Below are positions 25,960 to 39,098 of a stretch of DNA of 64,000 nt, piece by piece. A model generated the notes under the pieces. That model was not told the origin of the DNA and ran no database searches. It worked only from the letters and a program-made list of their open reading frames with translations. How positions within the stretch are numbered: the first letter of the stretch is position 1; every line of letters starts with the position of its first letter. Position numbers and translations under genes: made by a program. Source of the DNA: Octopus vulgaris (taxonomy: Eukaryota); assembly GCA_951406725.2 (NCBI GenBank), contig OX597814.1:52514001-52578000 (forward strand), read 5' to 3'.

Positions 25960-26368
25960 GGGATCTTTTCGGTTTGAACGGCAGTTTTTAACATAATTTC
26001 TAGGTAACTAAAAAATTTTAAATTTCATATACTGGTAGAATGTGTTTATAAAACATCTTTTTCTCTTGGCTTTATTGAGAAAATTCTATAGTTTGTAAGA
26101 TATTTGTTGTTTTTTTCTTCAATTTCAACCAATCAGTGACGTCTATTGAGTTAAAAAGCATTCTGTGCCGTATGAATATGTCCCTCGTTTAAGAAACAGA
26201 TTGGGCTTATTTACATTTGTGAAAAAAAAAAAAGATACCCTTCCCCCACCCCGAACGCTAACTAACCCTAAAAGAGATTGAAATGCAATAGATCGATTCT
26301 AGGTTCATAATTATGGATGACAATTTCATATGACACCGCTAGAAAAAAACTGCCGTTCAAACCGAAAA
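25960..26368. mobile_element. MITE with 24-bp perfect inverted repeats
   Basis: ttttcggtttgaacggcagttttt (25966-25989) and aaaaactgccgttcaaaccgaaaa (26345-26368). Non-coding interior. Confidence 0.75.
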
Positions 26369-27949
26369 CTGTAGAGAGAACCAAAGAAAAAAAAGAAGAG
26401 AAAAAAATGTGTAGGGACAAAAACTAAAACATAGGGCATCATTTAATTAGAAAAGAGAATATAAGCATATAAAGTCTCTTGTAGCTGTTTCTAGAACAGC
26501 CAAATTGTGGATCATGATATGGAGTGTATATATATGTATTATATAAAGTAAGTAGTGTTAGCGGTTGAAATAACCGTCTAAGGGACAATAATATCTGTTC
26601 TTACAACGGGTAACAATTATCTATGTTAACCCTGGGCATGGGTATGCAAGCACATTATGCTCATAGGGTACAGGTAATAACAGAATAAACAAGAGTTTAT
26701 CAGGAATCAAATTTAAAATAGGCAGAAAGTGGAGAAAACTTTTGATCAACAAATTGACAACATCAGTTAGCAATGTTAAGGTTTGTATTAAAAAATAATT
26801 AACCGATGTTGGTTGATCAAATGTTTTCTCCATTTTCTACTTATTATATATATATATATAAAGTCTGCTAGAACTTTGTCAAACCTCCTCTACATCATAT
26901 CTACCTGAAAGAAATGATCAACATACTGGGTTATAATAGCCCACTATACATTATGCCTTAAAAACTGGATAGGCACTGTTGGAACGCTTATGGTCATAGG
27001 TCCGCTCTAGTAGAGCTGACTCTAAGTTAAGCTGAGTTAAACGATTGAAAGGTCTTTTACACCACATAAATGGAGGAAAACAGATACAAGAGATCATCGA
27101 ACAAAATATAGCTACAAAGTTCTTTATTTTAAGTTCAAATCCCGCGCGATCTACATTGTCTTTTTATACTTCCGGAAGTCGATAAGATAGGTACTAGTCT
27201 CGTATTGACTATAACTGTTTCTTCTGCAACATGTAAATAAAAAAAAAACCCCAAAATCCCCGCGCGCACACGCGTACATATATGTATCACATATGATTGG
27301 GGGAAGGAAAATTTGGGGGGCTGCCTGCTATTTAAAAATTTTAAGTAGGTTCTGGCATATTTGGTGTAGGAAGTCAAGGCATTTTTAATTAAAAATATGC
27401 GTTTGCATTCACATAGAGAAAATGGTACTTGCAGGATTTTATACGAATGTATGCGTGCGCGAGGATATGTATGTATATGTATAAATGAGGACATCAGAGT
27501 TGAACATGTTACTAAATTTGCAAAGAAACGATTTAGCTTTTTTTTAATTATTTGATCTAAAACTTAACTATATAAATATTCATTTATTCGAATTCTACTT
27601 TATAGTATATTTATAGGGTTTAAAGAATTATTGCATCTCTCTTCTTTAACACTGTATTTCTTGTTTTTTATGTAACACATGGTTCATATCACTAATGCTA
27701 ACATTTTATTTGTCTAATCTCAGATATGGATTCCTTGTACACGAATATGAGTGTTTAAAGAGAGAGTAAGAGGAAGACTCATGACCAAACGAAATTTAAA
27801 AAATAAAGTGAAAACAGACATAGGAGGGTAATAAACCAGTGAGAGTAAGATAAAATACTTAGTCAGAAAGAGATATCGGATGGAGAGAGTAAAAAAAGAA
27901 AATCAAGAGGGGGAAGTGTGTGAGAGAAAAAAAAGTAAATAAGTCAATC

Positions 27950-28178
27950 TGTATAAATAATAAGAAAAGGAAAGAAAAATACAATCTATGTATGAGGAGA
28001 GTGCTGACACCAACCAATCAGATCCAAGGACACAGACAGATATTATGTTAATTAGATCGCCATTTTTAATACCGGTTTGATACTATTGCAGTGCGTCGTA
28101 TTTTGGCTCTAGCTTTTTATCGTCGTTCATTATTATAGTTATTTGCTTGCTGTTGATACCATACAAGACTTTAATCAG
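27950..28178 (+). promoter_or_regulatory. Candidate promoter and first non-coding exon of the NKRF-like gene
   Basis: CpG visibly enriched over ~27.1-31 kb. CCAAT at 28014-28018 and YY1-type CGCCATTTT at 28058-28066. The + strand switches from purine-rich to T-rich here. Donor-like cag|gtatat at 28179. Confidence 0.55.
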
Positions 28179-31100
28179 GTATATGAAACGAATGACTTCT
28201 GTTGTTAAACTTTGTCTTTTTTTAAAAATTATTATTTGTTAAATATCTTTGGCAAAAAAAATCTCATCGCGCCTGTGTGACACCGACATTTTCCTCCTTC
28301 AGTGATGTCGATAACCCAGTCGCCGTCTTTGTCTCTTTCCTCCAATTTTTTCCCCCCTTTATTTTATATAATTTTTTTTATTATTTCGCTAGTATGATTT
28401 TTTTTACTATGTCGATTTTCATGTATTTGTACCCCCTCTTGTTTTTTATTATTTTATCGCCTCAGTTTTCTTGACCTAATTCGTTGTTGCTTCACGTGTT
28501 TCTCTCTGACGTTCGTCATCAAGAAACATTGGATACACGTTATTTAATCTAATTGTAATTATTTTCTCTTCCCTCACCGAGTCGTTATTTTTCCTATTTG
28601 TAGCTTTTTCACACCCTCTATGTCGCTAACGAGTGGCACATTTTTATCCTTTCATACACGAGGCCTTGCATCATTTTTTATTAGCTTTTACCTATTTCAT
28701 TTTAAAATTGTTAGTATTTTAAATTTTGCTGGACTCCACTCGAATCTAGATCGTGATTTGCATTTCACAATTAGCTGAAGCAGAGCCATCAGTCTTGTAC
28801 AGCGGTTATCCCAACTTAGTTTCGAGATTTTTCTTTGCTAACATTCGCATCGGTTTACACTCCTTTATTCAAGAAATAGATTAACGTCGTAGTTTCTTAT
28901 TTAACCCAGTTCCTTATATATCATTACCTCTTTAATAAATCTTCATTCTTTTCTGTAAGTTTTCTCTTTTCGCCTAAAGTCGCATTGAAGCATCAATTAA
29001 AAATTGAATATCATAGACATAGCTACATCCTCTTCTTTTATCTTTTTTTACTTTCAACTTCTGGAAATGTTAATGTTTTACATGTACTTTTGATCAGTAC
29101 CTATGTTGAAAAAGAAAACCTAATTCGTTTACAGTTCATAAAGTAGCCTGTAGACTCGCTTTGTATGAGTAAGCTGGGCACGGAGTAGCCATCTTGAAGA
29201 AGCCTATAATAGATTTTTCAGTTTAAATCACTGCTCTTCATTGCACATGTCTGTGTGCATGCGTATGTAGTGTATCTATGCATGCTTTCTAAATTCATAT
29301 CTTTCCTGAAAGCGTATCTGGAAGATTGCATATCCACTTCGTGTATGTAAGTACATAGCTATCTACTTTATAGAATGTGATGTGACAACTGAAAATATCA
29401 CTTCGGCATTATTTTTCGACGTAATTGTGGTTTTTGTCATTATGCAGATGTTTTAAACGTTTGTTAGCGAAAGTAATACGTACACCCGGTGTTTAGGGTT
29501 TAATGTTAGCATTACAGTTACAGTTTTTGTTACGCCGAAAATTGGTGGTGTACGTATTCTTTCTTTCCGCCCCTTTGTCATTTCATCTCTCATGGCCAAG
29601 CTTATATCTAAAGTCATTCAGTTGCCTCTTTCTTGGGGGTGTGTGCGTATGTGTTACACACAGTTATGTCTACTTATGGACTTAATTTCCTTCGCAACAA
29701 TCGACTTCTCTCTGGTGGTGCTTGACGTTAAAAAGTACTTTGAATATTTTTTATTCATCCTGTTTTAAAATATCTCTAGTTCGATTTTAATTACCATGTC
29801 TAATTTCGTGACAAGCATACTTACTTACGTTGCTGTCAGACAGAAAATTTATGAATATTAAGCTTTTATGTATATAAACGTGGTTCTAATTTTTCTGTGA
29901 AACTGAAGATAAAATTATATAGAATGCATTACTCTAATCCTTTTATGTCCTTCCAATCTAAAATTACCCAAATATTGCGGTATCCTCTGATACACGTAAA
30001 CGTGATAATGTTTGCCTTAAGAGAGAAAAAAATCTCAGGCGAATTGGACCCACGGAGCAGGTTTTCATTGTTTAATTGCCAAGCGACTACTGTTTTGTAT
30101 TTGCGTACATGAAAAATTACTAGTATTAGACCATTAACTTTAATTCACCGAGTTTTAATTTTCTTTTCGTTTTTGAAATTTTTTAAGGTGGAGTTTTGAG
30201 ATTCGTTCGTATTTGAAATCCTTTCTTTACCTAAAGCATCATTTCGTGAATTCAAATAAACATTGTAAAGAAATTACTTTTTTTTTCTCTCCAGGTCATG
30301 TATGGGCTTTCACGTTAAACCAATGCCACTTTACAAAACTGGTGTCAATAAGTGTTTTTATTTTTGCTTCACAGTCTTAGTTGACAATGTTATAGGTAAT
30401 TTTTTAAAATAGCCTTCGAATAACAATATTAGATGAATTCTGTAAAATTATCGAAGGTACGGGTTCAGTTGCACCTCAATAAATGTAATTTGCTTCAGGA
30501 AAAAATTGAATTGTTAATCGGCCTTGTCCTCATGAAAAGAAAAAGTGAACTTGTAGATGTGGGTCTCGGGTATACCAAACATAGGCAAACTGTTATATTA
30601 CTAAACACAGGAAGTGATTAATGGGAGTTTAATAAGAGATTTTATATTGAAAATACTTCAAGAATTATTTCCCCTAGCTTCAATGTAAATTTTATCTCGC
30701 TACGAAAGTAACATGAATTTCAAATCCGAGGTCTAAGGACTAAATGAGTTCAATGGACCTAGGGATATTGTCAAGGTATCAAGTCTATAGAATATCCTTG
30801 GTATTATGTAAGACTTGGTTTATAATTTAAAAAAAAAAACACCCCCATGCTATTTTGGAAGGACATATAGGAAGGGACTATATGTATCAGTTATTGCATT
30901 TCTTATATATATTTAATGTAATTCTTATACTGTTAATTTTTTTCTTTTATTGCAGTAGTTCTTGTATAAGTATGGCAAGTTAAACCAAGAGATATTCATA
31001 CGATGGATCTCTCGTGAAACTAAACGGGTCACTGCATGTTCTGACTGAAATTAAAATGATAAATAAATTTTTGTATTTTGATTTTTGCCAATAAAATATT

Positions 31101-31261
31101 ACTTTCCTTCTGCAAGATTAGTAAATTTCAGTTATTTACAGGTTCTGCCACTAAATAATGGTGTTTTAATTTTCTTAGTCATCTTTTGATTTTATTCACA
31201 CCGGAAGCGTGAAGAAGAACGAATATTTGGCTTAAATGCAAGTTTTTTTTTTCCTCTGCAG

Positions 31262-31291
31262 GTCTCGGGTCTCTCACATGTGGATGTGGTG
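31262..31291 (+). other. Candidate 30-nt 5' UTR micro-exon
   Basis: Strong acceptor tttttttttttcctctgcag and donor G|gtatgt. Confidence 0.45.
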
Positions 31292-31380
31292 GTATGTGTA
31301 AGCATACACTGCATGTGTGTGTGTGTATGTATATATATATAAGCATATAGTTTATATGTATATATTGCTTATATGTATGT

Positions 31381-31660
31381 ATATATATCGCATAGACATG
31401 GTTTGTGTATGAATATATCGCATAGACATGGTTTGTGTATGAATATATCGCATAGACATGACTTGTGTGCATATGGCTTGTGTGCATATATCGCATAGAC
31501 ATGGCTTGTGTGCATATATCGCATAGACATGGCTTGTGTGCATATATCGCATAGACATGGCTTGTGTGCATATATCGCATAGACATGGCTTGTGTGCATA
31601 TATCGCATAGACATGGCTTGTGTGCATATATCGCATAGACATGACGTGTGTGCATATACA
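31381..31660. repeat. 28-bp minisatellite (atatatcgcatagacatggcttgtgtgc), ~9-10 units, grading into degenerate (TA/TG)n to ~32400
   Basis: Direct inspection. The 28-aa periodicity of the ORFs equals 3 x 28 nt. Confidence 0.92.
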
Positions 31661-32862
31661 CGGTTTATATATGGGCATATGTTGCATATACATGGTTTAT
31701 ATGTGGGCATATGTTGCATGGACATGGTCGGTATGTGAGTATATGTCACACGGACACAGTCGATATGTGGGTATATGTTGCACAGACACAGTTTGTGTAA
31801 ATGTATTTCATATAGCTTGTGTATATGTATATTGCATATATATAGTTTATATATGTGTATGTATATTGCATGTATGTTTTACATGTATATATAGCTTGTA
31901 TATGTATACATTGCAGGTATATGGTTTGTGTGTATATATATATATTGCATATACATAATTGGTATGTATATATATATATATATGCTGTATATTGATGTTT
32001 ACTGCTTATACAGTTTGTTTGTGTGTATATATATATAGTGCATATATGCAGCAATTATACACTGTAGTATACATATCTGAACATCGTATATATGTATGGT
32101 GTACATATTTACTGCATATATTCATATACAGCTTATATATTGTATATGCATGTACTGTGTATCATATATATCCATGTATATATTGCAAAAATATATATGC
32201 ATACATACAAATATATATTATTGAATGTTACGGATATGTATATCTGTAAGTGTATATATATGTATATGATTGCAATTTTAAACTAATACATGTAAATATA
32301 GTTTAGAATTGTAATATTGATGTGTGCATATATATATACACACATGCACATGTGAATATAAAAAGTATATATATTTAGGGATGCACATATTCCGTAAGTG
32401 AAGTTTTAATTCATATTATGAAAAGAAAATGTCAAAATGATTTTTCAGTCATTTTAACATTGCTCATAATGTAATTTACTTTTGTTTACATGTTTATATT
32501 GATCTTGGGGTGAATCTGTAGGGAAAAGATGCTGATGAAGCATTCACATGTTACTGACATTGAAGCAAATGGATCTGAAATTTAAAAAAAAAATTTTTGT
32601 TTTCAAAGTATTACGAATGGCTTGTTTTGAAACTATTGAGAAAGGAGTTGAGCTCTGCTTACTTCAACAAGCTTTCTAAAGAAGGAAAAATTACTTTTTC
32701 TAAAAGTAACTGTTTTCAGCCACTTACATAAGTTGGGTGTAAGTTGGTTGGTTTGCTAGTCAGTGTCTAAGTACCGGCTTTACCCCAAGTTCTATACACT
32801 TGCTGACAGTCTAATATTTTCTTTATTTTTCCCTCTTCTGCCACCAACACATTTTTAAATAG

Positions 32863-32963
32863 GTTCACGAGAAAAGAAGCTGAGAAGGTTGGGAAATATT
32901 TCTTGTAAAGCAGCAAGACACCTGGCAGTGCTAACAAAGAGTAAAAGCCATTGTAAAGATTTG
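32863..32963 (+). other. Candidate 101-nt 5' UTR exon
   Basis: Pyrimidine-rich upstream sequence and tag acceptor, purine-rich body with GAAGAA-like words, donor TTG|gtatgt at 32964. Confidence 0.45.
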
Positions 32964-35900
32964 GTATGTGACAGTTAGTGGTTGTGATGTGGTAGGAGAC
33001 TTTGTTTTAAAGAAATTACAGATTTATCTAATGCTGCATTTGCTATTGTACATACAATGCAACATTAGGTATCTGTTATTTCAGTCACTAGGTCTTCTGC
33101 CTCATCACAGACCTAAAAACATTCATATTCATTTTGCTACAAGTAAATCCAAATTATACAAAATTATTTTGCTATTTACACTTTTATATTCTTTGTGTAG
33201 ATTAAAGGGTTAGACATTAACAGATTATACCAGTTTACTTATAAAATTTTTGCTCTTTGTGGTGTTAAAATATTTTTTATACTAATTTTAGCTAATAGTT
33301 TATTATAAAGGTTTTTGTTTTTTTATGTATTTTATTTAGTTGTTTTCTGGTGTGTTGTATTTGATTTACATTAATTTCATATTTATACAGGCACTACACT
33401 TTGAGGATGGGTATTTCTATAAGTTAGATGGTAGATAATTTTAATTTCTTTTTTTTTTTTCTTTATCATAGCCACTGATTGAGTTAATTTGGATTTACTT
33501 GTTGCTGCTCTTTTGTTTAAAAGGGATTCCAATAGTCTTGTAGGCTTTTGGTTTACCTTTTATATTGTATTTTTGTTTATTGTCACTGTTTGTTTCTGAT
33601 GAACTACAACACTGCTGTGCATTGATTTCATCTCAGAAACAAACTAATATACTGCTATGTACATATTGTCACTCTCCAGTATCAGAAAGCTGCTGTATAA
33701 GAAAACACTTGCACAAAAAAAAAATAGTATTCAGAAATTAAACACTAAATACACTTTTATGCATTAGTTAGCCCTAATTCTAAATGAATCAGTCCTCCAT
33801 TAAATATGTCTTTAAGATAAATTTATACACTTCTGAAATTAAAAACATTGAATATAGTCAAGATGAATATACTTGGCATGCTCCAAAAATGGTTATATGA
33901 CACTATCCCAATGCTGAAATGGGTGTGGAATACAAAAAGAACTGCAGTGACTAATTGGGCTAAAGTTTCTTCTGTAATTTATACCAGCTTCAACTGTTAA
34001 GAGAAATTACAAGTTTAAGGTGTGATTAGTAATTAAAGCATGTGTGGGGTAATGTTTCAGATGTAGCTGTATCACTGATTTCTGAAGACTAACATTTACC
34101 TTTAGGATTTTAACATCTTTAACAAAACTCAATACTTGACAGGTTATCTAAATTTTGAATGTAACCCATTACAATATTTCAGTTGAAATACACTACCTTT
34201 GTTTTAGTTAATTTTGAAATTAATAAACTTAGTAAAATAACTTTTTAAGCTGGTATTTGGAACATAAATTAACACAGTTAAATAGGTTTTAAGACTACTT
34301 AAAACAAGAAGATTGTAACATAGCATCAAGAGATGTCTTGGGGTATCATAATGATTAAATAGCAAAGAGCAAAAAACAAATTAAGACATATCAGGGTTTC
34401 ATATAATTTATATTTGTCTTGGTTACTGGCCCTAATTTTGGTTTAAAGAAACTGCTGAACTAAGAATATAAAGCTTGATGGATTTTTTTTTATTACGATA
34501 ATGATAATGATAACTTGCATGTTAAGGATGTGAATGATATGCATAATTCATGTTGGTGTCTGAATTCTGAGAAGCATTGTCAATGTGACAGATTTTTGCA
34601 TTTTTCCATGAGTTTTTAAGATGAATTTATTTGACCAGGATACAAGATTTAGTTTAAGAGTTATCCAATTGTTTCGGTATTTAGGTAACTTAAAGGCAAA
34701 AGATACTGTACTTTAGAAGAAATTTAGTGTTTTCAAACCAAGTAATTGTGGGTGTTGGAAAATCTTTAGCACAACTAAAACTTAAATTTACCAAGAGAAA
34801 TTTGAATAATTTTACTGTATATGACTACATCTACATATATCAATTTTGTGAAGAGCCTTGCTAAAAAAAAAGTTCCTTAATAATTTATATTAAAATTATA
34901 TTTTACAATAAATCTGACACAAACATTAAGGTACTAAAAAATTTGGAGTTTGTTTCATTAATGCATATATATGTGTGTGTGTATATGAATATACACACAC
35001 ACATGCATATACATGTTAAAATAGTATTACACTATATATTTTCTTTTATTCACCACTTAGAAATGAGCAAGATCCCATTTCCCATATTGGTAAGACTCTT
35101 AATTGTTGGGCATGCTCCTGGCAAGGAATGTTAAGATTTTAGGATTCTCTTGTTCCAATCTGGTTTTTAATTTGCAGAATTTAGTTTTTGGTTGGGTGAA
35201 ATACCACTTTCCTAAAGTTTCTGCTTTGCTGTCCACCACAGGTTCTCCCTGGGGCTCTAGTCTGCACTGGTGGATGGTCATTCTTCCAAGCATGGTGAGG
35301 AATTTCTTATTGCATAAATTATGCACTGCAGTGGCTGCTCTATTGTGTTAATTTTTTTCCTTAAAGTTGTATAACATCTTAGTCCAAATTTTTCCTAAAA
35401 GCAAGTAAAAACCCTTTATGAATAGATAGCTGTTAATTTAGAACTCCCATTTCACATTGAATCATTGCTTTGCTCCTTTTCAAGCTCTACTTCCTCTCCT
35501 AATATTTCCACTGGTTTGTGGTGTGCCAATGCATATTGCTCTTGGAATATTAATGTACAGTTACCAGTCTCACTATTTTTATTCCTTCTGTCTTGGCACA
35601 TCTAATAGAATTGGTACAATACCAATTTTGTTTGCATTAGGTTGTCCTATTGCTATATTATCTTTCTAATTTGTCTAATAGCTCTATTCAATTCTATTTC
35701 CTGCTTTGCACATTTGGTAAGGCTCACCTTAAAAGTAATTGAAAAAAAGTCTTGCTGTCTAAAAGTAATTTATTGAACTGGAGCTGACAAGTAGCATAGA
35801 ACTGGTTTGCAGATTGTTTCCTTTTGTTATTAATATAAATATATTTTATTTTGCTATTGCTATTAGTCTGTTTATCTGATTTATTATCCAAGTTTTATTG

Positions 35901-38498
35901 TAACACCGCTTTTAGATTTTAGTTGTTACTTAGATGAATATTTTTGGCTGGGTTGCTTAATTTTTTGCATCCAGAGTTGCACTTGGTTAATTTTTTTCCC
36001 CATAGATTTTAAGCCTGATAAAATTAAATAGGAAACATTAATTTTAATATTAAATTTAAACTGAAATGTATACATTATATATATATATATATATATACAT
36101 TATATATATATATTGCATTCTTTATGAAATTAATCAGATGTTTCAGTTATATTTGGAAATTTGGTTAAAAGACTTATGGCTAATAAAATATATTTTATTG
36201 AAGACAGCATGCATTTTTCTTTGGCTTGAACTTGAAACGGTCTGCATGCTTGTTTATAGAAAGATATTCCCTTTCTTACTAAGCCATCATATCTAACATT
36301 TCAATTTTCTGTACATCAAAACATATTTAAGTAATAAGTTTATAACCAATGTTTGATTTTATTTTCCTTATAAGCATTTAATATAGGCTTATTCTGACTT
36401 CTGCTTTCTTTCTGACTTACTAACCTCCCTCCAGTTCATGTTTTGCTTAATTCTCATTTCAAAATTAGATTACAAGTGTTGATTTTGTTAAATGATTTTA
36501 AGTTAACATTCTAATTGGTATATTTGTTTTGAATATGCGTTTCAATATTTGTTGCACATTTTTTATGTTACATAAACCCCACTCCTAATATTTAACACTC
36601 AGAGGTAAGCTGAGCTACAGTTGCTTATACTTAATTTCTTAGGAATTTAACTAGTTTTCTGTTATTTGTTTTATTAGCTATCACATTAATTAGAATACTA
36701 AAGATTCAAGTATTGAGTACTGCTTTAATGCTAAAGCTTACATGTTTAGTTGTTTTTTGAGCAACTTATAACTTAACTAAAAGCTTTGTATCTGCTTTCT
36801 TAAAAACATTGGGAATTTTACAGAAATATAATTTGGTATTAGACACCCTTGCATTTTTTTTTACCCCTACAAAGATCAGTTTATTTCTAAGTGGTTTATA
36901 AAGTTAATATGAAAATATAGTTTACTCTTTAAATAAATTTAGATGAAAAACAGTTTAAATGCTTTAGATTTAGGTAAAGAGTTGGAGCTCATTGCTATGA
37001 AATATTTGAGGATGTTAGGAGAATGAACCTTATTCTAAGTTATGGGCACTCTGTGAAATTTTATTGCACATTTTGTAAATCAACTTGTATTTGAAAGTTT
37101 GAGGAATGTAACATTTTAATTTCATTCAATCATTGAACTGTGAGACCATGCTGGGAAAATGTCTTCTAAGTTATAACTCACTCAATCTAAGATTTCTTCC
37201 AGCTTCATGTTCTGAGTTTAAATTCCACTGAGGTTGACCTTATCTTTCATCCTTTTGGGGTTTGATAAAATAAGTATCAGTTGAGCACTGGGGTTGATGT
37301 AATCGACTTAACCATGCCTCCAAAATTTCAGGCCTTGTTCCTTTAGTAGAAAGATTGATAAATCTTGGAAAGGGGAAGTTGAGACTTAGCATAAGCATGT
37401 AACCAAGCAACATAAAATATTTTGTCAGTACTTCTGACATAAGAAATTTTAAAAACTTGTTTATTTATGGAATTCAGGAATACTATTCCAAAGATCAGTT
37501 TTCTCTGAGCTACAGTAAGATGAAATTAATTGTAGTATTGTTTGAAATTCCAGCTAGTAGCTTTCCTAATTTCCACTGATTGTAAACTGAAAGTAGTTAT
37601 TATTTAACCTGATGGGTAGGATAAAACAAGTAAAATTATATTCACCTGGATGTCTCTTGCAAAGCTTGAAACAATGACCAATACTGGAAAACCAAGAGAT
37701 GTCTTGGGGGTATCATAAGGATTAAATAGCAAACAAAAATCAAATTAAAACATATCAGGGTTTCATACAATTTATTTGTCTTGGTTACTGGCCCTAACTT
37801 TGGTTTAATGAAACTGCTGAACTAAGGATATAAAGCTTGATGGATTTTTTTTTTATTACGATAATGATAATGACATTATCAGAAAATACAAAGTAATAAC
37901 GACTAAGTGAATTAAGAGTTTAAAGTTCCTTTCCCAGAAAAAAAAAATTTCTGCTTCATATGTTTTCTCTTAGATATAATAGGACATGTAAAAATATGGT
38001 ATATTACATGTAACTGACTAATGTGGAAGAATGGCAGAGTAGAATAAACCATTTAACTTAACCCTTTTGTTAGTATATTTTTGTTGAAATACACTGTCTT
38101 TGTTTCAGTTAGTTTTTAAAATAATGAATTTAACAAAATAACAATTTCAATATCAAGCTGGTGTTTGAATCATAAATTTATATGATTGGAGGCTTTGTTA
38201 GATCACTTTAAAACAGGAAGCAGTCATAAAATCAGGGGCAGTCTGAGGTGGGTTGGTACCAAAAGGCTTTTTCTGCTACACTACACTAGTTGAAAACCAA
38301 CCTTTTTATAGTATAACAATAATAGTGTATAGTTATATGTATATCATACGGCTGGTATGTAATTTACATTAAAAAGGATCTAAATTAGATTTTGTTTGTA
38401 CACGACTTGAACAGTTTCTATTATTGTTTTACCTGAAATCATCCTTATTTTAGATTTTTAATTAAAGCTTTCTTGCTGCCTTGTATGGTATTGACTGT

Positions 38499-38959
38499 AC
38501 TTCTTTTTAGAATGTAATTTGGGTGAGATTTGGTAGTTATTTTCTAACATATATGAATGCCTTTGCTGGACTGTAGTGATTACTACTGGCTATTAGTTAT
38601 AGGCTCAAAGGGCCAATATGTTTAGACAAGTTTAGTTGAACAAATTCACCCCACTTCTTTTTAGAATGTAATTTGGGTGAGATTTGGTAGTTATTTCTAA
38701 CATATATGAATGCCTTTGCTGGACTGTAGTGATTACTACTGGCTATTAGTTATAGGCTCAAAGGGCCAATATGTTTAGACAAGTTTAGTTGAACAAATTC
38801 ACCCCACTTCTTTTTAGAATGTAATTTGGGTGAGATTTGGTAGTTATTTCTAACATATATGAATGCCTTTGCTGGACTGTAGTGATTACTACTGGCTATT
38901 AGTTATAGGCTCAAAGGGCCAATATGTTTAGACAAGTTTAGTTGAACAAATTCACCCCA
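38499..38959. repeat. Near-perfect tandem triplication of a 153-bp unit
   Basis: ttctttttagaatg starts at 38501, 38655 and 38808. The first unit has one extra T. Confidence 0.95.
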
Positions 38960-39066
38960 GAATTTTTTTTGAAATCTGGCACTGATTCTATTGGTCTGTT
39001 TTGCTGAAACACTGAATAACTGGGATGTAAACAAGCGAACGCTGATTGTCAAATGGTGCTATGGAG

Positions 39067-39098
<32 letters not shown>

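Noticed and set aside
31179-32286. Several 100-160 aa ORFs and a CRISPR-like periodicity
   Set aside because: These come from a 28-bp minisatellite and TA/TG repeats. There are no unique spacers, no cas genes, and the context is eukaryotic.
32533-32578. Box C/D snoRNA-like TGATGA...CTGA...CTGA
   Set aside because: Only 46 nt, with no terminal stem and no recognisable rRNA guide.
35060-35720. Possible LINE remnants here and at ~39850-40260, 44580-44900 and 57780-58050
   Set aside because: Composition is suggestive, but no diagnostic motif could be read with confidence.
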